From: Adineta vaga
Taxonomy: Eukaryota > Animalia > Rotifera
Length of the DNA: 64,000 nt
NCBI GenBank assembly: GCA_021613535.1
Contig: CP075492.1
Coordinates: 5,146,001-5,210,000 of the forward strand
Direction: 5' to 3'
Made by a program: the position numbers and the translations under genes. Every line of letters begins with the position of its first letter. The first letter of the stretch is position 1. The notes under the pieces were generated by a model. That model did not search any database, was not told the origin of the DNA, and was given only the letters and a program-made list of their open reading frames with translations. This document shows positions 39,045 through 51,781 of this stretch, in pieces.

Positions 39045-41121
39045 AAGTGTCTTACAATCAACCTAAATTCGGTCTCTGTCCAACTTGGGATTTCAATGCT
39101 ATCACTTTTGTAAATCTTAGTGTATTCTCTTCAAATAATGCTAGACAAATGTTTATCAACACTGAGAACACCCTTTATGTTACTATTGATAGTTTGGGTG
39201 AACTTTTAGTATGGTCTGATGGAAATAATACCTTAGAACGTCACATAACGATCAATTCAAGTAATCTTTTTGGTGTTTTTGCCACTACGAATGGTGATAT
39301 TTATTTTGCCAATGGTCTTCCAAGACGTGCAGTCAATAGATGGTCATCGATTGGAACAACTTCTGAGAAGGTGCTGAATGTTAATAGCAGATATATCGTC
39401 TGTTTGTTGATATAAATAATACCCTATATTGTTCCCAGGATACAGAACATCAAGTGATAAAGAAATCACTTGAAATCAGTTCAAATAATGTCACAATCGT
39501 GGCTGGGAACGGCAGTAATGGATCAACATCTTATTTACTTGATGATCCTCAAGGAATCTTTGTCGACACCAAATTTAATTTATATGTAGCTGATTATGGA
39601 AACGATCGAATTCAATTTTTTCCATCGAATGAATTGAATGGAACAACTGTGGCAGGTACTGGTGCGCCAACAACAATTACACTCGACGGACCAACTAGTA
39701 TTATTCTCGACGGAAATGAATACTTGTATATAGCTGACTCTCGCAAGCACCGTATAGTTGGATCAGGACCCAACGGTTTTTGGTGTGTGGTAGCTTGTAG
39801 AGATGGCCAGTGGTCTCCTAGTCAACTGTATACTCCGGTTGATCTTCGCTTCGACGATTATGGCAATATGTTTGTTCTTGATCGATTTAGTGATCGAATT
39901 CAAAAGTTTTTTTTTTAAATCAATCTTGTTCTATGTCTTTAATTAATCCTCTAAGTCAATGAGATGTGCATATTTCGTTTTGATAAGTGTAATATCAGTC
40001 TATTTAACTTAAATTCGTTTAAGCTTAACAAAAAAATTCTAAAAGATATTTTTTTTCTGAACATGATATCTTTTAGGCAAACATACAACTGTTGAAAACA
40101 CACCAACGTCACGTTCTACTATAGGTAATATTAAGTTCGACTTTTATCTCATTTACAGATGATTTTACTTAATAGTGACAGCATCGCCAGTTGATACTGA
40201 ATTAATTACTTCATCATCATTTGCTATTTCAACGTCCACCTTATTAACTACATCGCAAATTATATTCATCTCAGCAACCAATTCATTAGCGTCTACAACT
40301 ATTTCAGTTCAGAATGGTAAAGACAGCTTTTTTACTAGATTTATATTTGAATGAACATTTTATTTATTTCAAAAAGGTGTGCAACCATCATCGTTGTTTT
40401 TACCATCTCTTTGTTCAATACCATGGTTGATGGGTGTAAATTGCAGTTTATCTGCTCTTCTGTGCGACATTCTTGTACCATGTCATAACAATGGTACTTG
40501 TGCGAATGAGAACACTACACTTCGTGGTTATAAATGCAATTGCGCGCCTGGTTTTAGCGGTAATGAGTGTCAATATGATAATCGACCTTGTCAAGCAGAT
40601 ACTTGTTGGAATAATGGTATATTATTGAAATGAATAACTCAAAAAAGTATAGATTTCTTTTTTCTAGGTGTATGCAATCAAACATCAAATACAACTTTTA
40701 GTTGTATATGTGCAAGTGATTGGCAAGAAGATCATTGTCAAACAAAGATTGATTATTGTGGAAATATTACATGTTATAATAATGGTATTTGCGAATCTTT
40801 AACACTTAATTATACATGTCGCTGTATTGGTGAAAGTTATTCTGGTATACATTGTGAAATAACCTGAAGTAAAATTGTTTTTCGTAAAATAATTTCCAAA
40901 TAATTTGCTTATGTTTTGCTATTACTGGTCTAGTTACTGCTGCATTATTTATTGTAATAATGGATATAACAAAATATATATTTGGTATTGATCCGATTGA
41001 ATCCATACGTCGAGAACGACGATCGGTAAACTATAAAAACTATAAGAAGTCAAATAAATGTATCGAAATTCAACGAGTTATTTATGTTGAATCAAACAAT
41101 ATATCGGAGAATAATATCTAG
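39045..41121 (+). pseudogene. NHL-repeat + S/T stalk + EGF + TM protein gene, disrupted
   Basis: NHL blades (PQGIFVD..NLYVADYGNDRIQ), EGF repeats (CHNNGTC..CNCAPGFSGNEC), C-terminal TM. Frameshifts near 39390 and 39910, in-frame stop near 40865. Confidence 0.75.
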
Positions 41122-41455
41122 TACGATCGAAATAAATATATAATTACGCACATTGTTACTGATTTTATTCTTTTTGAAAATTCTAAAACACTGAAAATCA
41201 AATTACTATCGATAATATTCTGTCTGTTTCACATTCATATATTCGTAAGAATATCAGAAAATATACTTTGTTTTGATGAAAATATTTAATAAATAAGAAC
41301 GTGAAAATAAAGTTTGATCTAGATTAGTTATCAAATCAATTTGCGCCTTAATGCATATTTGACCAGCTGATGTTTTTCTCCTGTATTTTTATTAATTACT
41401 TTTCATAGCAAAACCTATAAATACTCGGTGTTTTACTGAAAAACATATACAAAAA

Positions 41456-43035
41456 ATGGTTCGATCAATTCATTTCTCAGCATGTTGTTTGATTCTTCTA
41501 TCACTCTTACAATCGATCTATACTATCAATAGCGTTGAAAAAGAAGAAGAAGAAGAAGAAGAACAACAACAACAACAACAATGGATGGATTATATTCATC
41601 GTTATGATAAAAACTATGTAACAGAAGCCGAAAGTCAACTGCGTAAATCGATTTTTCTTGCTAATTTACATGAAATCGAACGGCATAATAGTCAACTCAA
41701 TCAAACCTATACAAAAGCTATCAATCAATTTTCAGATTTCACTCAATCAGAATTTGAAATACATATTCTGACACCACAACTCGCTTTTGCTCCAATTCCA
41801 ACACCCATGCCTATATCTGTTCTCAGTCGCTCTTTGTCAACAGCTGGTACAGTACCGATGAATTGTCGTCGCGACGGAAGCAATTGTTGTATTTCATCGT
41901 CTGATCCAAATGCTTGTTGTTTAGCTCTTGGTTTAGGTGGATGGAATCGACGTCAATGTGACTCTGGTAATGGTAATGGTGGTGTTGTGCCCAATAATTG
42001 TGTTCATCATGATTCCCAATGTTGCCGATCATCATGGAATCCTACGGAATGTTGTGCCGCACTTGGTTTTGCATCGTGGGATGGTGGTTGGTGTCGTGGT
42101 GCACATTCAGCTAATGTACCAAATGGATGTCAAGCGTCGAATAGTCATTGCTGTTCCGACAGTACAATGCCACAGAAATGTTGTGAAGTTTTTGGTTTTG
42201 AATATTATGATGGAGCCTATTGTCGTCATTCAGCATCTTGGTATCCAGCTGGTGAACGTTTATCTAATGGTTATCCAAAAGATTTCGATTGGACATCATT
42301 AACTTATCGTGTTATTACTAATGCTAAAAATCAAGGTGGATGTGGTACATGTACATTCTTTGCGTAAGTATAGACATGAAGTGCAATGATATTTTCATAC
42401 GATGGAACTTATTTTCTCTGTATAGAGTCGCAGCTGCTTTGGAAAGTGCTTATGCAATTCGACATCAGCGAGATGCTGTTCCTCTTTCGGAACAACAATT
42501 GATTGATTGTTCTATTTCAGGTAAAGGTGGCTGTTGGTCATCAAATTTTGATGATTCAATCAATTATTTGATACGATCACCGAAAACTGCTCTAGCAACG
42601 GAAGCTCGTTATCCATATCAAGGTCTTTCTGACACCAGTTTTAATTCTCATGCATGTAATGAACGATTCTTTCAACGTATGGAAGCTACTCATTTCTTTG
42701 ATAGTAAAGAAACTTATCATGATGCATGGGATACGGTCAATGATGATTTACTTATGCGACTTGTATCGAAAGGTCCTATTGCGATTGCTATCAATGCTGA
42801 TTTTATGGGTGGTTATGGAGGTGGTGTTTATCGTGGACCATGTGAACCGCATGTCAATCATGCCGTTCTACTAACTGGTTGGGGTACAGATGCACAAACG
42901 GGTGTGCCATTTTGGCGTGTAAAAAATTCATGGGGTGCTGGGTGGGGTGAAAATGGTTTTGCGCGATTTGAACGTAAACCTGGCGTGAATCAATGTTTCA
43001 TTTATCATGAAGTTGCTCGTCCAATGGCTATCTAA
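41456..43035 (+). CDS. Secreted cathepsin L-like C1A protease with I29 propeptide and inserted Cys-rich repeats (2 exons)
   Basis: Signal peptide, ERFNIN motif (ESQLRKSIFLANLHEIERHN), NQFSD, QGGCGTC, LSEQQLIDC, NHAV, KNSWG. Intron 42364-42425. Confidence 0.9.
41540..41582 (+). repeat. Coding (GAA)n(CAA)n microsatellite encoding poly-E/poly-Q
   Basis: gaagaagaa...caacaacaa directly visible. Confidence 0.9.
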
Positions 43036-43788
43036 AATAATTCTAATGAGTTTAGTTTATGACACAGAAGAAAATACTTGTAATAAAGTAAACTAACATA
43101 AAAATATCGGCAATTGTTAACAATTTATGAGGAATCAGTTTTAGATAGTTATATCTATATTTTTCTCTATAGATATTTATGTAATCAGTAGAATATGCAG
43201 TGACATATTGATGCTCACATTTTTCCTTTGTGAAGAGGTCATGCGTCTTATGAATCTGAAAGTAATTTAAGACACATTGTATTGAAATATTTTTCTGTGC
43301 CTATTTCTTACAAGTTATAGTACGGCTCTTCATACATCTTCCATATAGTCAACTGACAGCTTTAATATTGTCTTTTTATAATTATGCGTTCGTAGCTGGA
43401 ATGCATTCACTAAAAAGAGAGTGACAGAAGATATAAAATAATTCGAATGGTATTATATTAGAACTGTCAATTGTGACGATTTGAATTAAGTCAGAGAAAA
43501 TAATTCATCGTATTTTTTGCATCATAAAATCAATCGTTTATCAATACTCTTTTATATGTAAATAATGAAGATGAACCATCAATGGTTTCCTTTCTATTCT
43601 GACTTTTCAAGTCGAGCAATCTTGCACTGTTGATGATGGTTTCTATCTTCTTGTAGTATATGTTACTTCGCTGATATACATCTGGTTATTTAATTACTTG
43701 AAAATATGTATTTCTCCTGCTTTCGTAAGTTCATATCGTTACCAACCGTTCCTATCTACTGATTCTGAGACCATGAGAAAAGCATTCT

Positions 43789-43808
43789 CACCCACACCCA
43801 CACCCTCA
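43789..43808 (-). repeat. Short interstitial telomere-like tract (TGAGGG TGTGGG TGTGGG)
   Basis: cacccacacccacaccctca on the plus strand. Confidence 0.55.
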
Positions 43809-43949
43809 AGATCAACTTGATATTTTTCGTCGTTTGGCTTTTGCCTGTTCTGTTAGAGTTTTTAGTTGACGTAGTGTCTTATTGTTGACGAAATGCTGTA
43901 TCGAGGAAGTGACGTGTCGACGAAAATTTGTCGACCAAAAACATAATTA

Positions 43950-44140
43950 TCGATTCAATGTATATCCACAGATTTTTTGCTTTGAATGCCTCTTCAAATT
44001 GGTTAATCGCTTGTGTAGCTTTTGAGAGAACCACGGTTATTATTCAAGACATATGTTCTAATTGATCGAGAAATAGACTAATAGTTTGACGAGTATGCTT
44101 TATTTTTTTGTCAACATCGTGCTTATATCTATAATGCATC
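43950..44140 (+). pseudogene. GPCR TM3 fragment
   Basis: QCISTDFLL...NWLIACVAFERT, disrupted frames. Confidence 0.45.
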
Positions 44141-44683
44141 GTGTATCATTTCGAGAAGCTACACAGAAACACATTTTAAAAGGATTCTCTCGAAACAAAT
44201 TATCAAATCATTCTAAATATCGCTTTTGCAGATTTCATATCGTACTAAAAATACACTGATTTTCGTTGGATTCTACACTATAGTAAAACCATCGCAAACA
44301 ATGCCAACATCTCAATTAGTAATCGTTGATATCCGTGATATGCATGTCAATAGTGAGTCGTTTAGAGTTTTAGCAAATGATTTAGAAGATCGATTTCCAA
44401 AATTAGTTATCCAACGTGGCCAAAAACTTCACTTTAACTCTCTAGAGAAGAACGATGGTAGATATCTGTTATATTTAAAAATTTGACTGCAAATAGATAA
44501 AAAAAATGCTTATCAAGATGAATACGTATATTTTATGTTGATGTTTTCATAAATAATAAATTACAAGGTTAAAATTTTCAAATAGTATGCAAAATTCTGC
44601 TTGATATTCACTTCTAAGAAAAATCGTTTTTATGAATGAGTGATAAATTGAAGGAAAAGTAGAGTCTTTTTTTTATTTGAAAT

Positions 44684-45021
44684 TTATGTGGTAATACTGG
44701 CGAGAACAGCGAAGAATATGATTAAATAAATCCATCCAATCACACCACCGATCGTTGCCAAAATATTAAATACTAATGCCAAAATGCTAAAAGTTCGAGC
44801 ACCTGAAGCATCATTACTGTTCTTGTGACTACGGCACACAATAGAAAAATCAGAGGCAAGAGGCCACCACCCCATCCAACGAATATATTGATAATAGACC
44901 AAATAAGCCAATCATGAATCTGACTTGCATCACCTGCACCCATATAAACTGGAGCAGGAGCTACATAAACAACACTTGGTTGTGAGCCGCCATAGGGTGG
45001 TGAAGCGCTGTAAGTTGCCAT
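44684..45021 (-). CDS. CD225/dispanin (IFITM-like) membrane protein with apparent 1-nt frameshift
   Basis: Pro/Tyr-rich N-terminus, DWLIWSIINIF..G..PLIF, then in the other frame SIVCRSHK..ND..GARTFS plus a TM segment. Adding one T in the run at 44845-44849 joins them. Confidence 0.75.
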
Positions 45022-45399
45022 ACCGTTTGAAACTTGTTTGTGAATAGATTTTCGTTATAAAATGCCCCTTCATATATAAATGCGTCGTAGATAAGATAAT
45101 ATTCCTCTCGAATTGTTTGCAGTGTGTCATGTCAACAATGCGTTTGTTAGCATTACTAACAATGACGTGTTGTGCAATAACAACGAAAAGTCAATACATA
45201 TACATATATACGTTTTTTTACAGGTAAAGACACGCAGTGATACAACCAATGAATGATTATCAAGAATATAATATTCTCATGATACTTTATACAGAAAACG
45301 ATTTTCGTTTGCAACAAGCTATTTTAAAATAAACTTCTTTTTATTATTATTTTTGTGTCTTAAATCAAAATAGAAAAAGTTTTCATTTGATACTTGTTT

Positions 45400-48300
45400 T
45401 TATAAAAAAACGTCCCAAACAGATTGTATTGGTGCATAGGATGGTACGTATTCATAATTAGAGAATTCATAACCAAATGCTTTTAAACCAATATGTTGAA
45501 GAGCATGTGATGTTGTTAAGGGTTGTGGTGCTGGAAGAACAAGTACTGAAACTCGATAACCATATTTGATTGTTTCCGTTGAAAGTGGTTCAGCAGTATC
45601 TTGTTCGACAAGTGTAATCAAATCAGGCACACTGGCGAGAATTTCACCATTTTCATAACGTGCAACAAGATTTTCATTTTGAAAATCAATAATCAGAATT
45701 CGTCCTTGTGCCTCAATAGAAACATGACCACGAACGAATCCAGACGTAGTATTTCGTTCTACATTGATTATTTTACCGTTAGAAAGAAGAACACGACCAT
45801 GTCCAGCACGTGCAACAGCTTGAATAGTATCTTTGGTATTATTGAATTTAGCTTCGCCTTGTTTCATAAAAAAAAAGAGAACAAAGTTTTACACACGAAT
45901 CGAAAAATAATTGAATCAACACTTACCGATAAACCAAGCTCGAGAAAGACTATGAGGTAAAGTATATTTACGCAATTGTTCACCCATCATTGGAGGTAAA
46001 CAAACACCAATAATGAGACCACGTTTTATACATTCTTCTCGAAATGTATCTTCTAATTCTTTTGGAGTAGAAATCATATCTTCGGTACACATGACAGTTT
46101 CGCCATGGATATCACATAGAGAAGCAGGTGCTGGAGGAAAACCTTCGATAAAAGCTAATGTATGATTTAGACAAGGAAAAGCTCTGCCAAGGCCATCTGC
46201 ATCAATACAAAATACGTCCTTATTTGCAGCAACAATAAGACCCATAAGGCCATTCGCACCACCAATCTCTCCACTATAAATACCAACGATCTTTTTCGAC
46301 AGATAGTTTTCCATCGCTTCGACAGCCACTGCACATTCATATCCACTTGGCAACAATTCATGAGACACCGTTGGTGCACCCATAAAACCAACATCAGCAA
46401 CTAAATCCGAAGAGGAGGCAAAGAATGATGGTGGTACAACATGCATCTTATGCTTTCCTTGTCGAAGAACTTCAAGACACCATAGTTTACAATGATATGC
46501 TTCACCACCACCACCGCAACCTAAAATAAAATTTCGCCATTGTTTTTCGATGATAACATGGTAGAATCAAGAATTATTTACCAAGAATGCCGGCTCCATA
46601 AGCAATATATTCAATATCAATAGCATCAATACACCAAATACTATTTTCATCAAAATTTGGTTTTTTTTTTTTATAGTCAATATGTGCGGGCAGCTTGATA
46701 TCTGTTGATAACTCCTTCTGGATATCGAACGAAGATTTTTGCAATGATTTTCTTTCTTGATTCTGTTTGAATTTACTTAGATCTAATTGTCCAATTGCAG
46801 TTAATTGAACTCGATGTTTATTACCACCTGAATGATAAGATAATGGTACTTGTTCTAATTCTGTTAATTGAATAGTATTTGATCGAGCACCATTTTGTTC
46901 ACATTGTTCACGAACTTGAAGAATCAATCGATCCATTTCACGTTTACGTTGTTCTCCACCATCGACTGATGATGGAATTAGATCGGTGATTAAATCAAGT
47001 GTTGCGCTAACAGAACATAAAGCAGCACCGACAGCATTACAGACAGCGAAATGATCAGGACGTATCATCTCAAAAAGATTATTTATTCGTTCATTAAAAT
47101 ATAGAAAGATAATGTATTACTTTTGTTACACCAGGATATGATTGATTACAGTCAACAAGAATAGAACCACCACCACACAAGATAACTGGAATCGGTTCTG
47201 GATTTGTTTTCATTCTATCAACACCCTTTGTTATTGTTTCTTTCACATAACTAAGTACTTGTTCGATAATTTCTGTCGACACGTTGACATCACAATGACC
47301 AATCTGAAACTCAACGTAGATTGATCAAATACTTAATTAAAAGCTTTATTTACCCCAGATACCAAGCCAGCGGCTAGAGCCACATCAGTAGTAGTCATAA
47401 TTTGTCCACCAAATGCTAATGCTTGTTGTTCAAGTTGATAAGCGACACTATCTGGTCCGACTTGAACAGATTGATCATTTTTGTTGATATGAATAATTGT
47501 TCCACCACCCAATGCTAGAGAATGAGTATCAGCTACAGTAACATTTACTCGAATATCATCGATCAATTTCACATTCTGACATTGAAAGAAAGGACTATGA
47601 GAATGATCTACGAACAAAAAGAACTTACTGCATGTGTTTGTCTTGGTCTACCGTCGATAATAACACCAAAATCGATTGATGTTCCTCCAATATCAATAAC
47701 AATACCATTCTTAATACCACTTAGATAGGCAGCACCAATCATCGAATTAGTTGGTCCACTGGCAAAAGTAAAAACTGGCCATCGCGTAGCATCTTCGGAG
47801 GATAATAAAGTACCTGTATTTCTCGTAAGAAAGAAAGGAACATTAATAGGAAGCGAATCTTTCAATGCTCCAATAGTTTTGATTGCCAATGGTCGAAGAC
47901 AAGCATTCAGTATTGAGGCATTTTCTCGTTCCGATAAACCAAGACCGGCAATTTCATGAGAAAGAGTAATATATGCGGTAGTTGATTCTTCACGTATGAT
48001 TTCTTCTACGCGTACTTCTTGATCGATTCGACATGGTGAAAAAACACCACATACACAAAATGTGCAAATATCTAAAGCAAGAGCACGACGAATAATCGAA
48101 CGAATTTCTTCTTCGTTCAATGCCTCTATCTCTGATCCATCAAAAAGATAACCACCAGAAGCAAATACAGTTAAACCATTTACCTATCCACATCGAAAAA
48201 AATACAAATAATCACGAAAGAAAATTGATGAAGTTTTTCTATTACTGCATCTTTTAAATCTTGTGGCCAATTTGACATTGGTGAGATGGCGCGTGTTGCC

Positions 48301-48680
48301 GGTCCACAAAGACGTATGATACATACTTTGGCAAGTTGCCGTCTTTGAAGTAAGGCATTAATAAAATGTGTTGTACCAACCATAATAGCAGTTATTTCAT
48401 TATCATTAATAACTTGTTGAACAGAATTTATCATGCCCGAAAATACATCTGCAGTTGTTACTGTTTTGATAGTAGCGACTACCTTCGGCACTATAAATTA
48501 TGAATGAATGAATAAATGAACACTGATAAATGGTGCATAATTACAATAACTTACATTGATCATGTTCGATCCTTAGTAGAACCGCGTCTACAATAAGAAG
48601 TCACAAATATTCATGATAAGTGAAAAAAACACATGTTTACCTGTGTTTGTCCCACCAACATCAACACCGATAATATGCAT
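45400..48680 (-). CDS. Hydantoinase/oxoprolinase-A + DUF917 fusion protein (9 exons)
   Basis: IGVDVGGTNTD, GTTHFINA, SGPTNSM, DIGGTS, LGGGT, NAVGAA, then GCGGGG, MGAPTV, EIGGANG, DADGLGRAFP, FQNENL, PDLIT. Eight frame-preserving GT-AG introns traced. Confidence 0.9.
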
Positions 48681-49097
48681 TGTAACCACTTCATCACGTT
48701 CTACCGAGCATATACAGGTATCTACGAAGCTTATCGTTCTCTTTCGTTTTGTTGCGTGAATAAGAATAAATATTTGTAAGTACATGGTGATGCAGTCATG
48801 CGCAATCACTTTCAATACAAAGAACAAAAATTGAAACTGAGCAACGCGTTGCTTTATTTAACAAACTTCCACACGATGTATTGCTCATCGAGAGTGTGTC
48901 GTTCGTATATTAATATCTCTTTCAGTCAATTTAATCGTAAGAGTTAATTAAGTTATTATTTCTAGTTATTTGCAAATTCTATTTATGTGATTTCATTCTA
49001 TGGTTTGTTTGATGCTATTTTTCTTTGATACTTGATTATAATAAGTACGATAAAACTATAACATTCAATTAAATGAAATAGTCTATATAGTCAAGTT

Positions 49098-51002
49098 TTA
49101 TAGATATTGTAGAGAAAATTGTTTTGTGTTATAATTACAGTTGAACGTCAAGGAAAGAAGACGTTGATCCATATTTTGTAGATAGATCATGATTTGCTCG
49201 ATCTTCTTTTTGAATGATTTTTCATCAGAATTATTATATAATCGAATATTGACTGAGACAAGACGTAAAGATGCAATTTTTGTAAAAAGCGAAGCAAGAA
49301 TAGATGATAAATTTCTCACAGATAATCCTATATGAGAGAACGAAAATATTGATAAATTCGGAAGATGAAATATCAAATTATCGATCGATTGAAAATCGCA
49401 TTTATACAAATCAAGTCGTTTAATAGATGGTAATGGGTACCATATATCTTCAAACGGATCAGCGGACGTAATAAGATAATTTAAACGCGGCATTCGATCA
49501 ACTAGCTGAAAAAGAAAACTATGACAAATACAAATAGAAGAGATACATTGTAATTTGTAGCGAAGGATACGAACATGATTAAAAATATTTCGATCGAAAA
49601 TAATTGGTGAAGAATTGATTTGAAGACCATGAATAAACGACAAACTACAATCGACTGAAGTGAGATATGGCATATATCTTCCTAATGATATAAATGAAAT
49701 AGGACAAGCAAGAGTCATATTAGTTAGATAAAGATGACGAATACTAGAAAATGAACAACGAGAACTAAGTTGAGAACACGAAATAAATCCATGAAATTGA
49801 TCGAAACGAAATGGTAAGGAATAAATATGTATATAAAAAGTTTTCGATTCTAATGAATTTATATCTTCAATGTAATAATCAAATTGATCATTGAGAGATG
49901 AAAGAATTCTATTTTTGGTAATTTCATCCTTTATAATAAATGATCCATAGAAATCGAAGCAATCAAATGTATTTTTATATCTAATAATAGTTGACCACAT
50001 ATCTTCATCGAATATGATATGTTCAAATTTTAAAATAACATGTTTGAGAATAATTGAATCAGGACAATAGTGTTCAATAAAAATTTGAATATGATCAAAT
50101 GGTAGATATTCATTCTGTTGTAGATCATTTGATTGTTGTTTCGTACTGACAGACAATTGATTAATTTTACTTAATGGACAACTATTTTCTGTCGGTAGTA
50201 ACTTAAAATGATCTAATTCTTTGTTGTTTATCTGATAAGAAGATTGAAAAAAATTAGCAAAAGTAATTGATAAATGTTGAATATTAGGTGTTCGTTTGAT
50301 AATTTCTAATAGTTGAATAATTGAACAAACTGTTATATTTAAATCAATTAGATTCATATGAAAAGCATCTTTATTGAGTAAAATATTTGTCGAAAATCGA
50401 ATAATCGATTGTGGTATAGATAGTTTTTCATTCGAATAATATTTATCATCATCATCATCAAATTGAAGAACCAGATTTTTCAAGTTCATATGAGCTACAA
50501 GATTCATCCAATCACTAATGTTGATAAGATGAAGTGAATGAAGTTGAGCAAATCGATTGTTAACCTGACGAATGCTCTGTTGCTGTTGAGATAATTTTGT
50601 TGTTTTTCTTGTACAAGAGAAAAACTTCGATGTAATAGAAGAAAATGAAGGTTTTTGACTATAATTAGATGAAATTCCATGTTTTGGATTATTAGAATTC
50701 CTTATTAAATGAATATAATGTTGATCAACTTTCAACATTTGAATCGATTGACAAATCCATTCGAATTGTTGATGATCTCCACACCATCCATTAGTAAGAT
50801 CGATACTTTTGAAATAAAATCGAACAAGATTATCGAATCGAAAATTTAATTGTATAAATGTTCCAAGAATATCATTGATAGTCAAGTAATCAAAAATACA
50901 ATAAATCACTTCGTTTGGAAGTATAATGAATGAAGTGTGTGCTGTTGACATATATGATCTAGAGATTAGAATAAACTTTGAACATAATGATGATTTCATC
51001 AC
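49098..51002 (-). CDS. F-box + degenerate LRR-like protein, intronless
   Basis: LPNEVIYCIFDYL..DIL..F..LN.RF F-box signature, HIYSLPF motif, Leu-rich repeats. Confidence 0.8.
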   Translation of the reverse strand: MMKSSLCSKFILISRSYMSTAHTSFIILPNEVIYCIFDYLTINDILGTFIQLNFRFDNLVRFYFKSIDLTNGWCGDHQQFEWICQSIQMLKVDQHYIHLIRNSNNPKHGISSNYSQKPSFSSITSKFFSCTRKTTKLSQQQQSIRQVNNRFAQLHSLHLINISDWMNLVAHMNLKNLVLQFDDDDDKYYSNEKLSIPQSIIRFSTNILLNKDAFHMNLIDLNITVCSIIQLLEIIKRTPNIQHLSITFANFFQSSYQINNKELDHFKLLPTENSCPLSKINQLSVSTKQQSNDLQQNEYLPFDHIQIFIEHYCPDSIILKHVILKFEHIIFDEDMWSTIIRYKNTFDCFDFYGSFIIKDEITKNRILSSLNDQFDYYIEDINSLESKTFYIHIYSLPFRFDQFHGFISCSQLSSRCSFSSIRHLYLTNMTLACPISFISLGRYMPYLTSVDCSLSFIHGLQINSSPIIFDRNIFNHVRILRYKLQCISSICICHSFLFQLVDRMPRLNYLITSADPFEDIWYPLPSIKRLDLYKCDFQSIDNLIFHLPNLSIFSFSHIGLSVRNLSSILASLFTKIASLRLVSVNIRLYNNSDEKSFKKKIEQIMIYLQNMDQRLLSLTFNCNYNTKQFSLQYL

Positions 51003-51199
51003 TCACAGTCTCACACATAATAATTTTACGTCTCGATGGAAAACTCTCTGGAATTGAACAAAATAATATACGAATCTCTTTTCAATGTCGAAGGTGTCGC
51101 CCGTATGCGTGATTACTTGAAAAGAATGATGCAGTGAGGGTTGTGCTTGACGAGGTTAGTATCTTACTCCTAAAATTCTCTCACTTCCGTGTAAGACAA

Positions 51200-51432
51200 T
51201 CAGACCAGTGTGAAAACGTAATAATAGATAGATTCACTAAAGATCGATCAAATGAATTAATCGAAATTGGATTAAATTTCAATCAGCTCCCGTCTGCTTT
51301 CAACTTCTTCCTGTACATACGAAACTGTCATTTATAGTTTGGTGACCGTAGCTATTACAGGGACTGAATCCATAACGAACAAACAGACAAACATTCTTCC
51401 TTACATATGTAGCATATGTAGAAGATAGATAT
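51200..51432 (+). mobile_element. 3' end of a non-autonomous Helitron/HINE-like element
   Basis: Ends with acgaacaaacagacaaacattcttcc...atagat, resembling the ACAG/ACAA microsatellite tail of Lep1/DINE-1-like elements. Confidence 0.4.
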
Positions 51433-51781
51433 ATAACTACCATGATAAAACAAAATGTATTAAAGCAATGCTTTCTTTTTCTTAAATTTCCATTTCATAA
51501 AAACTGTTCCTGTATGATGCTGTTCAAGCAAATATGGAATTATAGTTGTATACAATTAATGTACTCTAATTTTAGCATATTTTCAATTCGGAGAAAATCG
51601 ATAAAATCAAATTCTCTTATGTTGATTTTAGAACAAAATAGTGAATATTTCTCTAATAGTAAACGGATGATGCCTTTCCAGATAAATTATTTTTATTTCT
51701 TTATAAACTAAAGAAAAATTAATTTGAAAAGACTTTCAAAAGCAGTTTTTAAGCAGTTTCATGTTCATGAATTGAATGCGC

